From Phoronis australis (lineage: Eukaryota > Animalia > Phoronida): 64,000 nucleotides of DNA. The position numbers were made by a program, and so were the translations under genes. The notes under the pieces are model-generated. The model searched no databases and was not told the DNA's origin. It was given only the letters and a program-made list of their open reading frames with translations. This document shows positions 1 to 13,099 of the stretch, piece by piece. Every line of letters starts with the position of its first letter. Within the stretch, counting starts at the first letter, position 1. Location of the stretch: the NCBI GenBank assembly GCA_002633005.1, contig NMRA01000634.1, forward strand, positions 174,476 to 238,475. Direction: 5' to 3'.

Positions 1-209
1 AGGCGTTGGGGCACTTATTGGGGCATGGGCGCATATTAGGGCAAATAGCGTCAGAATTACATAAAGCAGCGTAGTTTAATGCACACAAATCACACGTCGT
101 GCAAACCAATCGACCATTCCATATACCCTAATCAATCCCAACAGCCTTTGTGCACCCTAATTTCCGGACATGCGCAATCGTTAAATCGATTCGGTTGCAA
201 CTCTGCTAT

Positions 210-522
210 TGTGTATCCGGCATTATAGTAAACACACTTGCATTGGTAAGCACAACAAAAACAATGACATCGTGTGTTGGCAAATATTTATCGTATTTCT
301 TCGGGAAAACAACGACAGTCGACCATAACAAACATTTTTACGGAGAATTCAATTTCAGAAGCCTATTTGATAGAAAAAACACCCGTTTTAGTCCACTATT
401 GTTTGATATATTTCAGCTAGTGTTTTATTGCCTTGGAGTCATCGGTAATGCAGTAATAGTCCGGCTCCACACAAAAGAAGCGAGACCAAAGTTTCGGATG
501 GTGACGGGTTCTCTCTACCACC
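210..522. repeat. Dispersed repeat with an inverted copy at 7220-7493
   Basis: TGTATCCGGCATTATAGTAAACACACTT...GACGGGTTCTCTCTACCACC matches the reverse complement of 7220-7493. Confidence 0.7.
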
Positions 523-1932
523 ATATTAGATGCGAACTTCTCAAAGAGATTATGGTGGAAGGAAATAAAAGCACACATTTATTTGCGGGCAGGTTGAAAG
601 ATAATTACCAGTGCAACAGCAAAAAGTCGTTTTTGAAAAGGGCGATACCATAGTTTAAAACGGTGGCCGCATAGTCCCGTGTTTTAAACATCTTTTTAAA
701 AAGCTGAAAAAATATAATTTTTCCTATGATGTCAAACCTGTCTGAAATAGTGGTGGTAGCAACAGATCAAACCGTGACGTGTGTACGTGAAAATGGGAGG
801 TTTAGCCGGGGAAATAGAAAACATTTTGACACTCTGAAGGGACATGATCATTTTGCTCAAATTGGCTTTCTGTCTATAGTTTAAAGTGGCAACAGTCCGA
901 AAAAAGTTGTCTGTTGGCCTTTTGGACTACAAAAACATGCACTTTCTCTTCCATTATTGTTTAAGATGATATATCAATTAAAATTGATGTTTTGTTAATG
1001 TTTGTTAGTCCGAAGGACACATAATTAAATTCAGAGATTGGATATTCTACAATTAATGGACGTGAAGCCACGTGTCTCATGAGGCCCCATTTTGGGCGGG
1101 GGTTGCAGGTCGCTGTCAACAACACGCGTGGTTGGAAGCAGATGAGGGAATTTTGTATATTAACCCTTTTGCTACATCGCATAAAAAGCGCACATTAAAC
1201 ATCACTAACTTCGACGTTGGCCGTTTTTGCTCCATATAAACCATTTTCATTGAAACCTAATTCAAAGCACTCTATTAAATTTCTGTATTCTTCTAAGAAT
1301 ATAGGTGTCCGTTCCACATGAAATTGTTGCGTGTATTGTCTGCCCGTTACCAGCTTTTCTAACGACCCGCTGACTGCAGCCATAGCTGACTAGTCGCAAC
1401 TGAGTTCACGAAAAATGTCTGCCTCCAGAGTTCAACCTAACGCAAGTTTTGAACTGACATATCGTCATGGACTGTTTTCAACAAGAAACAAAAATGATAA
1501 CATGGTGGGTACCATCACGTATAGATGTGAGTCGCAAATAAAAGATTACAGTCTGAATTCAGTTCTTAGTGGCAAACTACAGAAGGATATACCCGGTAGC
1601 TATACTTACAAACAATATTGTGCTTGCCGATAGTTCAGAAATTTTTGAAGTTGGCGCACGTCTTAACAAGATTTAAAATCTCAATCTCCTCGTTTCCAAA
1701 AATAGGCCTACTTTGCATCCAGAGCTGTCAAGAAGTTTCTCTCAATATCCCGCTGAACATTGGTATCCCTTTAAAATCCTTTTGAAATAGCACTGGCTGT
1801 CCATTTTTGGAAGCCCGGTGAAAACATTGAACCATAAATGAGATGATTTTAAAATCTTTGAGGACTATGATGTATCATCACTTTGCTAAACATGTACTGG
1901 GAATATTGCACTTTGTCCTCGAAAAATAAATC

Positions 1933-2105
1933 CAATAATAATAATAATAATAATAATACAATAATTATATACAGATAATAATAACAATAATAATAAATAA
2001 TTATAATAGCAGTAATAATGACAATAATAATAAAGATAACGATAAGGATAACGTGTAGCAGTAGTAAAAGTAAAAATAGTAGTAATTGTAAAGTAATCCT
2101 AATAA
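1933..2105. repeat. Degenerate (AAT)n microsatellite
   Basis: AATAATAAT... with substitutions; explains the low-complexity ORF 1849-2130. Confidence 0.85.
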
Positions 2106-2454
2106 AATGATAACGGGTACCCAAATTCATGCCCTGTCAGCCCGAAGAGGAGAACGAAAAGTGCAGCTCAAAAGGGTATTTTTAAATACTGTCCAAAACA
2201 GTGCCGTTTTCGATACAATACTATCTAAAAGAGTGCCTTTTACGAATTTCTGGAACAGAACTGTGCCAAATGTGAATTATTATTCGAAATTACTCTCTAA
2301 ATGGGTCCCCTCTTTGTCCGAGCCCACTCTCTAAATGGGTAGGTATCCAAAATTTTCGGGCAGCACTCCTCGTCCAAAATACTCGAGTACCCCCCGGCCG
2401 TGTCGGATACCACTTGTTCATGATTTTAATAAATTTCTTTGTAATATGACGTGG

Positions 2455-2644
2455 GTTTCGTAAAATTTAACAATGGTACATTTCTCGCATACGCATTCGA
2501 TGTAAAATGTAACAATTAGTAATAAGTAAAATGTAACCACTTGTTACATTTTAGGAAAGGCTTAGCAACGTAAAATGTAACAGTTGTTACATTTTACGAA
2601 AATGTTGTTACATTTTACGAAACCGTTACATTTTTGGCGTATCA
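2455..2644. repeat. Repeat built from GTAAAATGTAAC / GTTACATTTTAC units; second copy at about 7790-7968
   Basis: Multiple direct and inverted 12-mers, colinear with 7790-7968; resembles a DNA transposon subterminal array. Confidence 0.6.
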
Positions 2645-3977
2645 TGGCAGCTTCTGAGCGATTCACACGCGTGAGTTCACGCACTTGAATCGCTGGAGTA
2701 GGCCTACACTTCACGTTGGCAACAACAAGTAACAGACAACTATTATGTTGCGCACGTAGTCAACACAACAAGTAAAGGGTTTGAGAAGTTCTTGACGACT
2801 CTAAAACTACTTTGCTGAAAGTAAAGTCCTTGTCGTCGTTTGGCGATTAATAGGGCTGTCATTTTCACATTTGCTGTTTTTTGTGATAAAAAACGAGACC
2901 CACATTTCCAAGTCACTATCGTTTGGGCCCTAGCAACGGGACCGACCAGTGCCGCAGTGCAATATCAGGGAAATTGTCGAGGATATTTGATAATAAGGAG
3001 ATCTTGCGCAAAAAATAAATGTCTTTTTTCACCACAAACTTTGGTAAGTTGATCGTTTACGAATCAGTAGAAACACCTCTACGTTGTGAGGTCTTATGAC
3101 GTGTTATGCCGTGGTCCGAAACTTTCCTCGGGCATCCAAAAATTTTAGCCAATGAAACGCGGGAAAGATCAATTCTGCATTATCCCATGTTCACCAGACC
3201 TGCTTACAAGTCATCGGAAGGGCTGTTCTGGATTAGTGTTCGTTTGAACTTGATTTGGCAACAACCAAATAAAGGTTGGATTCACACCAATTGCTTTACA
3301 TGTATATTTGCCGAGAAGTGTAAAAATTCAGCTCGCATACTTTGGAAATTCCAGGTCGCATTTTACGACTTCATACAAGCTGGTAAAAATCTCAGCTTGC
3401 ATTTCCAAACTCCATGTCGCAAATACGACCTGCAGTTCGTCATGCCGAGCCCTTGAAAAGTTCATATCTATTGGCAGCGACTTAAAAATACGAATTGCAA
3501 CTTCGAATATTTTAAAAGAGAGGTCTTTGACTATTTCAGAATTGACAAAAGCATATTTTACAAACATTTTAAATTTGAGGATTTCATTGAAAGTTGGCCC
3601 CTTTATTTTGACATAACTTAGAGTTCCAAATAAAGCCCACCACACGTATGTTTGTGGGTGTGAATGGTTTGCTAAAGTGAACCAATCACGTTTTCTTTTT
3701 TGTATTTTGTATATTGATAAAGATTTATAACAAAAATGCCTTTCGAGTTGCGTAATTGTTTTAGAAATCTCTTTCAAACAGGCCTGTTACATGTGAAACA
3801 TAAAATTTACTTTTGTGGCAAGTTGACCAGATTTCTCACAAAAATATCCGAGCGACGCATGCAATTTCCGCATCAATTACTACGTAGGGGGGCGCAACTG
3901 TCTGTTTTGTGCTTTTATTACGCTATCAATGTCTTTCAAATGAGAATTGCGTTTATAAAGGAATGTAAATGCTTCAA

Positions 3978-5470
3978 AGGAGCATGCCACCCAAAAAACA
4001 ACCTAATTTGTATCAATTTTGATCGAGTAGTTCTACTCCATAACGACTCGTACGGTTGCGTTACCTGACACCTGACGGCAGACGGAGGTGTTGAAATTAT
4101 CCAATGACGTCATCGGTTTCACACGCAGTCTCTTCAGCAGTTCACAACACGGGTTACTGGTGTCAGCTTATCGCTTGAAGTCATCGTTTAACACCAATAA
4201 ATCATCAAACTCCGATGTAAAACCCTTAAAAATACACCGAGTTCTTATAAAAACGCGTTGTTTTATTTCACTCTTACGGATTTATTGGTAATTGGACACA
4301 CCTTAGCCAGCCAATAAGGTCCGTAGCAGGAGTTTGGGGTCTGTTCGGACTGAGATAATTTCGAAGTATTTTCCGTGAGATACAGACAGGAGAACCTAGA
4401 TCTGCGTTGTTTAGACTTGTGATTTTTTGATTTTCTAAACACAAAACGCTTGTTTTCCTGGCCAGTGGCTCGAGGAGCCCGATCAGGCCCGTCGCGGCCG
4501 ACCGGACTCGTTATGCAACTAGCTCGGAAACTGATCAGACATCACGAACATAAACCAGCCAAAGTTCAGTGGAAACTAGTCAAGAAAATACTATACTAGT
4601 GAGCCAAAGTAATGTGCACGTGATTATGTTGGTGACTTAGCCACGAAACTGCAAATCTACTTACTCCGTCGGGGGCCACCGGAATTCAGGTTCCGCTTTA
4701 GCCACAGCACCGTCAGGGTAGAAGTTGTACTTTGACAATCATTATTTGAGTAATGTAAATGTAAATAAAGATTCCCCTAACACCTGGCCGTGGGATGGAA
4801 TTCGAGTTGTTTCACAACAGTTTTTGCCAGCAAACACTAAATTAGCATGAGCTCACACGGCCTCGGTGTCCCGTAAATTGAGTTTTATTGCACCTAAAGC
4901 CGGTAACGCAGTGATTTATTCATTGCTGGCTTCTCAAATCATTTGCACCCACGAACACTCCAAAGGCATTACAAATTGCATCTAATGAGACAGACTTTGT
5001 TTCGGTTTTATATAAGTATTGGTTAGGTTGAGAATAATTCATTTTGAAACAGAACGCTCAGTAATAAACGCCAACATGGCAACTCGCAATCCCGACTTAG
5101 GACGAACTACTAGAGCTCATCAGTCCCGACTTCGCAGGTGGATCGTTAAGTTTTACAGGCTATTAATTCGAACAGGAATATAGTGATGAAGAAATACTAG
5201 AGAGGTGCCGTGAACAAGCGAAGACAACGGAACGTATGGAGTTATTTGGTAAGCCGGCATTCGTCAGTCCCTGTCGACGTCTGCAAGCCACAGACACGGA
5301 GGTGTTTCAAGGCCTCATACTTGCTATTTACAGCGTACATTTCATTCTTCACTACCATGAGCCACTTTCTAAGCATTTCAGACTCTCAAGGAAGTAAAAT
5401 AAAAACGATATACCCGCTTTCCTCGCAGCTGCTTAGTTCGGACAAGCGGGAACGATGCCCTGCAACATAG
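3978..5470. mobile_element. Kolobok-like element, same family, opposite orientation, one end missing
   Basis: Starts TCAA|AGGAGCATGCCACCC and matches the reverse complement of the other copies (the spurious ORF MLKLSNDVIG... recurs at 4088, 11203 and 16894). Similarity ends near 5470. Confidence 0.78.
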
Positions 5471-7219
5471 TTTTGCTCTCATCACTTCGAGGAGTCCGTG
5501 TTGATGAATGAAGAACAAGCTAGTATTGAATGGAGTGCCCGAGCAATATTTGATGTCCCGAATCCACCAAAAATGAAGATGTTAAAAAGTTCTCCGGAAA
5601 TTATATTACAGCTCTGGAATAGGCTTTTTTGCATTTCTGATTATCGTCTCACAAAGCAAGTACTGGAACATCACGTGTAGAGAGGACAATTAGTCAAAAT
5701 CTGGTTTTCCTATTTTGCTAAGGTTGATCAGATTGAAACATTTCATGAATGGTTAAGCCTGTGATTTGGAGAGAGCCAAAGTGAAACTGATGGATCTTTC
5801 AGAGTCTGAATGGTGGGCTGAAATTTTGTTAAACCCAAACTATCCGTATCATTTTACTTCTCGATGACAAACACCTCTGTGAGTAAATTAGTTTTCAGCT
5901 TTACTTATAACGCATTTCTTTGGCGAAAAGTGTCGTTGTTTACTAGTGAATTAATAGAGAGTGACAAGGTTGGTCAGATTTTCTTGTTGTATTGGTTTAT
6001 ATGTTGGCTATTTTGTACGTTTTTTGGAGATTGTGATTAATTTAAGCCCCAGTTGTGGCTAGGTAACACATATGATCTTGTGGTCTGGCTTTCACTTACC
6101 TGAAATACTTGCTGTTATTGATAATAGGAACAGTGGGTTTATAAAATTAAATTTTGGTTTTATCATCCGAGTCACTCTTTTTAATTCAGTTTTGTATGAA
6201 GCTATGTGGGTAGTGAATATTTTGATTGCTGTTCAGTACCTTAATTCTTTGTCATGACATTTTGAACTTGGACTAGTTATGAGTGATATACTCAATGTTA
6301 CTTCGTTTTGTAAGTTGTGAGCTATTCTACAAATTAGCAACTGACTAACTCACTTGTAACTGTTGGTGATTATATTGGGAGAGTGGAATCGAGTTTACAC
6401 TACACTGGCATGTCTAAGAAATAATGGAATGTTCTAAAATTATATTACGATTTTGTTGTAGTGACGAATTGCTTTAGTTTCTTCTTCTTACTTGTGTAAC
6501 ACCCACTGCACAAAACAATTGTTTGCATTGCTAGTATCCTGGCCTGGTGCATTGAATAGGGAACACATGGGAAATTGTTGGGTGGAGATGAAACCAGCTG
6601 GGAGCTGGGAGCAACATGTTTGTCAATGGTCAGGGGAGCAACCAAAATGTGTGACGATGGGAGGGGCTCAACTCCCTTGTGGCATACCCCATTGGTTTTT
6701 ACCCGTTTAGCACTCCTCCCATGTAACCACCTTGGGAGGGGGTCAACACCCATTTGGCGCGCACCTGGTTTTTGCTTGGTATCCCCTTAGCTGGCACCTG
6801 GAAGGAATTCCCCTATGAACCCCCCGGAGCAATCATTCATATGATGTAGTCCATGGAGGTATGAACTGTTATAAGGAACGATAATTGCCTTGTTAAGAAC
6901 TCAAACATGAAACAAAACCATGATGGATTTTGAAGGGAGCTTCACTTAAATATTGATTAAAATACACATTTTCGTTCTCACTCGATTATAAGTGGATGTT
7001 AGTTTATATATTCTAACCATTTTCAATCGCACAGTAATTTTATTGCCTGTTGAATGTCATTAAAGTATGAATTTATCAGTGTTTACATTGTTCGAACTGC
7101 GCTCCTAACTAAGTGTTGATTATTCACCGCTTGGGGCGCTAGTGTTTCGATCGGTAACCATTGCGGCGAATGGCAAAATGGCGGAGTGAACTCTCCTACT
7201 CTACTACACTCCTTGCTAA

Positions 7220-7493
7220 GGTGGTAGACAGAACCCGTCTGCATAAGAAACTTTGGTCTTGTTCGTTTTGTGTGGTAATAAAACACTGGCTGAAATAAAT
7301 CAAACTATCGTGGACTAAAACGGGTGTTTTTATCTATCAAATTGCATGGCTTCTGAAATTGGATTTTCCGTGAAAAAAATCGCTACTGTCGTTTGTTCAC
7401 GAAAAAATACGATAAATATTAGCCAAAATACGATGTCATTGTTTCTCTTGGGCTTACCAAGGGAAGTGTGTTTACTGTAATGCCGGATACACA
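7220..7493. repeat. Dispersed repeat, inverted copy of 210-522
   Basis: Reverse-complement match to 210-522. Confidence 0.7.
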
Positions 7494-7789
7494 GTTGGTT
7501 TATGACCTGTGAGCGTCAACAAAAGATTGCAAGAACGCTTTAACAATAAAAACTTGTTACCTGATACTGACAACTCCGTTCGTCTGGAGTTGAAACTGTA
7601 CGGGGTACATTGTTGACTATACCAAGAAACTACTCATGTTAAAAAAGACAATGGAAAATACTTAGGGACACATCTTTAAATTCGAGCTGGCACATTTCAT
7701 TCAAACAATCCGAGAAAGGTGTTAAGTGTGTGGACAGTTTCCCTCCGTGTGACAAATACCACGCAAACTCATGAAATATGACGTTGCTT

Positions 7790-7968
7790 ACGTAAACTGT
7801 AACAATGGTACATTTCTCTCATGTGCATTCGAAGTAAGTTGTAACATTTACATAAAATGTAACAAGTTGTTACATTTAAGGAGAGGCCTAGCAACGTAAA
7901 ATGTAACAATGACATAAAATGTAACAGTTGTTACATTTTACGACATTGTTACATTTTACGGCGTGTCA
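7790..7968. repeat. Second copy of the GTAAAATGTAAC-unit repeat
   Basis: Colinear with 2455-2644. Confidence 0.6.
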
Positions 7969-8604
7969 GCGCACATGTGTGGTAGGACCAATTTTCAGAA
8001 CATCATTATTTTTGGAACACAGGTTAGTTTCAGTGAGACAAAACTGCGGGTGAATCTTTGAGTGCAGTTCAGTGTGTGAATTGAGTTTAGACAATGGGCG
8101 GCGTACCATAGGGGGTTGGGGGGCCGCATAGCCCCCCCGCCACTTTTTCATTGTCCCGCTGCTCATGGTCACATGGGACGCGAACCATAAGGGGCACTCA
8201 TGTAGACGGTGTAAGTACTTCGGGAAACTCGTGTATGTTCGTAACACAATGATAGATATAGTGAGCATTGTGTTTAAGGATCGTACAGTGGACGTGCTAG
8301 GGCACTGACAACGTGTGATAGCTTGTGACCGGCGTAGTCATGAGCAGACGGTCAACTGTAGGGCTGCGTCTGAGGGAACTGGCAATGAAAAAGCGCTCTA
8401 TTCCAACATGACTGAAAATACATTTGTTGAATACAACGGAATGATACGCATACTTACTTTACAATATACCATAAGAAGTTAATGAATATGGAACACTATA
8501 TTAAATATTCCTATCACTGTAACAGTCGGGTTTCTTTGCTGTTTTTGGGTCGTGACCTACTGGACCTGGTCCGCCGCCGGGCGGCAGCGTAAGCATCACA
8601 ATGG

Positions 8605-9199
8605 TCTCGCTGGTTCCTTGCGTGCTTAGCCCAGCCAGCACGCGCAGGTATCCCGCAGTGGCACACGCTTTAGCATTGTTCGATGTAACCTCGGCAGTCA
8701 TTTGTTAGCTTTACAACACCGTGAAAAATGGCGGCCTGTGAACGATTTTTAGTCTTGTCATGCAAGTGGCGTCGCAGCAACTGTTTCGTTTCTGCTAGTG
8801 TGATGTTTAATAGCCGCGTGCTTGGCACATACCGGTACATGTACAATAAACACATATCTGGCCGATTTAACCGGTGTGTTATTCATACTGTATGAATGTA
8901 TGAATACAGGACACTATCGTAAACAAAGGTCATCAACAGTAGAAAGATGCAATCCGAAAGGGCGCAATCATAATTTCTACTAGGCTTCACATTTCCTGAA
9001 CATGAATTTTAAGCACCGACCACAGTTACACTTCAGTCCATCAGTCATGACAGTTTGTTTGAGTAAAGTGCTGCCTGTTGAGAATTCGACTAGCCAATCA
9101 GAAACGCCGGTGTAAAACAATTTCCCGAGGAAAATTAAGCGATACCTGCGTGCTGGCGCGGCTACCGCCCCACCTAGCGGCACGCAGGGAAACAGTGAG
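8605..9199. mobile_element. ~600-bp TIR element family (other copies at about 42325-42853 and 43784-44143)
   Basis: Ends CTCGCTGGTTCCTTGCGTGC ... GCACGCAGGGAAACAGTGAG, flanked by the direct repeat CACAATGG. Interior shared with the two copies in intron 5 of the enzyme gene. Confidence 0.65.
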
Positions 9200-9919
9200 C
9201 ACAATGGGTCGCATCCCAAGCGACACCTGTCGGACGTTCCCTCTACTAAAATTTGGCGACCTCAAATCCTTAATGGCGAGCTGAGATTTTACCCAACTCG
9301 TCAATTGCATTTTGGGCATTTTCTTAACATCGGACGCTGCTGTTCTAGCAAATACGATATCAAAATATGTGTCTTGAATTAAACTTTCTCGTAGTGCAAC
9401 AATTTTGTTATTCCTTAGTGAAGTTATTCTGAAAATTATGAAGGGGGCGTTACTTTTTTAGTAGTTTACAATATCACTGATTGGTAGCTACCGCTATAAT
9501 TTGCCAGTGTCAACTTCAAAACAAACGGTTACCAGACAGATTACGGGATATTAAAGGTCGAATATCCGACTGCCAGTGATAATAGAACACGAGTACGTTA
9601 TTCGAGCTTTGATAGATTAAGAATTGTTTGAAGGTGCTTACAAATCGCACGTCATCAGTTTTTCGTTTCGTTCCAGGTAAAACGTTTATGTGCCACATCA
9701 GTTACTCAGACCGCTTTGTTGTCTCTGAGTACAAATCGGGCAACACGCATGTCGAGCATTTTATTTTTGACAGTTATCGAGGTAAGTGTGAATGAATTGT
9801 CTTGATGTTATTGTTTAGGATACTGGTATGTGTATGTTTGCCCCTGGAGCCCTCCCTCTTTACATATGTGGGTGCAGTGACAGACTGGCCTTTCAAATGT
9901 TGGGAAAAGGCGACTTTAA

Positions 9920-11312
9920 AGGAAAATGCCACCCGATTTAATTAGTCTTTTTTGCCGTCTTAATCGGTCTATATCCATATCGCCTCGCATACGGTCGACC
10001 TTACCTTGCCAAGAGGTGTCGCGTTAACCTGTGAGGAAGGTGAGAAACGACGCTAGCGACGTCAGTGGTTCATATGCAGAGTGAATGTCGCTATGTTGCG
10101 GTGCATCGTTCCCGCTTGTCCGAACTAAGCAGCTGCGAGGACAGCGAGTATATCGTTTTTTTTACTTCCTCGAGAGTCCGAAATGCTTAGGAAGTGGCTC
10201 AGCAACTATGAGGCCGCGAAACATCTCCGTGTCTGTGGCCTGAAGACGTCGACAGTGCCTGACGAACTTATGCCGGCTTACGAAATAACTCCATACGTTC
10301 CGTTGTCTGAGCTTGTTCACGGCGCCTCTCTAATATTTCGTCATCACTGTATTCCTGTTCGAAATGATATCCTGTAAATCTTAACGATCCATCTGCGAAG
10401 TCGGGACTGATGAGCTCTAGCTCGTCCTAGGTCGGGATTTAGTTGCGAGTTGCCATGATGTTGGCGTTTATTACTGAGCGTTCTGTTTCAAAATGAATTA
10501 TTCTCACCCTAACCAATACTTATATAAAACTAAAACAAAGGCTGTCTCATTACATGCAATTTGTAATGCCTTTGGAGTGTTCGTGAGTGCAAATGATTTG
10601 AGAAGCCAGCAATGAATAAATCACTGCGTTACCGGCTTTAGGTGCAATAAAACTAATTGACGGGACACCGAGGCCGTGTGAGCTTATGCTAATTTAGTGT
10701 TTGCTGGCAAAAACTGTTGTGAAACAACTCGATTTCCATCCCATAGCCATTTATTAGGGGAATCTTTATTTACATTTCCATTACTCAAATATGAATTGTC
10801 AATTTACAACTTCTGCCCTGACGGTGCTGAATTCGCGGCCCCCGATGCGAGTAAGTCTAAACAACACAGATCTAGGTTCTCCTGTCTGTATCTCACGGAA
10901 GATACTTCGAAATTATCTCCGAACAGACCCCAAACTCAAGTCCTGCTACGGACCTTATTGGCCGCCGAACTTTGTAGGCTACGGTGTGTCCAAATAGGCC
11001 TACCAATAAATTCGTAAGAGCGAAATAAAACAACACGTTTTTATAAGAACTCCGTGTATTTTCAAGGGTTTTACATCGAAGTTTGATGATTTATTGGTGT
11101 TAAACGATGACTTCAAGCGATAAGCTGAAACCAGTAACCCGTGTTGTGAACTGCTGAAGAGACTGTGTGTGAAACTGATGACGTCATTGGATAATTTCAA
11201 CACCTCCGTCTGCCGTCAGGTGTCAGCTAACGCAACCGTACCTGTCGTTATGGAGTAGAACTACTCGATCTAAATTGATACAAGTTAGGTTGTTTTTGGG
11301 TGGCATGCTCCT
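9920..11312. mobile_element. Kolobok-like element, same family, internally deleted copy
   Basis: TTAA|AGGAAAATGCCACCC ... GGGTGGCATGCTCCT|TTGA. Colinear with 15399-17004 but lacks about 220 bp near 10857. Confidence 0.8.
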
Positions 11313-12850
11313 TTGATATGCTAGATAACTTTGAATATTGATTTTAACGGAATCAAACTACAAAGAAAAGAAATATTTTACATAATCGCATTCAAGCTGA
11401 ATAACACGAAAGTTTTGCCACACAGTCTTACAGTCAACACAATATTCTCAGCCGGAAGTTATTATCTTGAGTTTCTACACCGTTTCATCAAACAATCCCA
11501 TGGTGTCATGTACGAAGTACGCTCTGTCACAGCGCCACCTATATGGAAATGTAGCACTGGGAAAGAGCGTTGTTGCTTGGAAGCTGCTCTACTCGACATC
11601 GTATGTAAACCAGGCATCACGTAGTGTAATGTGATATTGCACGGTAGAACACGCCTCAGTTTCTTTTTACATATATACATATTATCATTGGTAAACAAAT
11701 ACAAAAACACAAACAATAACATCCATTCGTACACGCATGTGTACATCAAGAAAGACTATTCTGGTATAAAGTAAGTTACTGCTACATGGAGTTAACGTGA
11801 ACACTTAAATTTCCCATTCCCCAGAAAAGCTGTCATTCACAAAATTTTATACGCAAATTAGTTTTCACCATTGTAGTACTCGTGAGTAAACGTAACAATG
11901 AGTAATTGCTAAAGGCATGCAAGGAGAATAGCTATTAACACTTTTAAATTTACTTTGGAATATACTTTTTGAAACCTTGTTAAACAGAAACGACAACTTT
12001 ATATTCTCATGCGCGCACCCAGCCTTTAATATGGGGGCTCAAATTTCTGACGATGTGGACCTTCTACTAAAAAAAAGCGTGAGGACTAAAAACAAAAACA
12101 GGGTACCATATTCAGAGCTGTGAATTGTGCGTTTGCGCCTTTTTAGTGGATTTTTGTCTCGTTTTCTTGGACCTTTCGTTTCTCTGAGGCGGAACTTTTT
12201 GCGCACTTCGCCAAAATGTGACCCCCCCGGGTGCGCGCATGATTCTACTAAGTTGGTTTTCACAACAAACCCGTTTATCATATGGTTTAAACTAAAAACT
12301 CGCCATCAGAGGTATACATATCTCTGATAAATCTTAAGCCTTTCACAAACCAAGACATAACAATGACTTCTCTCTGATCCCTAAAGTTACTATTAAACCA
12401 CAAAGGTTGATCTAAAAAGTCTACTTTACGGGCAACGATTATTTTCTCATAAAACTTTGTCATACTTCCAAATACATAGCACCTATACGATTTATCAATA
12501 AGAGTGAATTTCTACTTAATAAAGGCTTCTTCAAATGAAGCAAAATTGTTTAAACACGGGTAGAGTGAGTATAGTAACTGGCAATTTTCAGACGTAGGGC
12601 TAATTCAAGATATCTACTGGCCATGGCAAGTTTTAAAGCTTTGCTGAAAGTATGTATATTGACCACTTGAAGTCCCCCCTGATCTAGTCCTAAATAGGCC
12701 GTAGTTCGTTGAATTAATATTTATGTATTACGAAAAATACAATATACAATAATAATGGTTAAGCCTAGAAAGCGCTGGAAAGCATTGTAACTGGACGTAA
12801 AACAGTCATTGACACATGGTTGCTATTTTATGATTATCATTGATCATCAG

Positions 12851-13099
12851 GAAATTACGTGAAGGACTCTTTCCTGAGAATAACCAGGCACGCAATTAAG
12901 GGCTGCAATTTTGCCACTTACTGGAGCAAGACTGTAAACCAGTGCATGCAACTGTGTTTCGACAACCCTGCTTGCAAGTCCTTCGACTACATACCCTCAG
13001 ATGGCACTTGCTATCTGGGAACTGTATCTCGGCACACAGCATCCAGGCTGTTCGCAAACTACGCCGTGTATGATTACTACGAGTTTACCGGCAGGCGAG
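12851..13099 (+). CDS. Exon encoding PAN/apple domain 1
   Basis: catcag|GA...CGA G|gtaagt. Translation ...TVNQCMQLCFDNPACKSFDYIPSDGTCYLGTVSRH...YDYYE fits the PAN pattern C-x3-C-x5-C-x-S-F-x-Y-x6-C-x-L. Confidence 0.88.

Noticed and set aside
150-653. 167-aa ORF
   Set aside because: GTG start, no recognisable motif, and it overlaps a dispersed repeat that recurs inverted at 7220-7493.
1849-2130. Hydrophobic 93-aa ORF resembling a membrane protein
   Set aside because: It is the translation of an (AAT)n microsatellite.
2455-2644. Short repeats superficially like a CRISPR array
   Set aside because: Irregular direct and inverted 12-mers, no unique spacers, no cas genes, eukaryotic context.
3328-3777. 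149-aa minus-strand ORF and overlapping plus-strand ORFs
   Set aside because: No recognisable domain or splice structure; likely repeat-derived.
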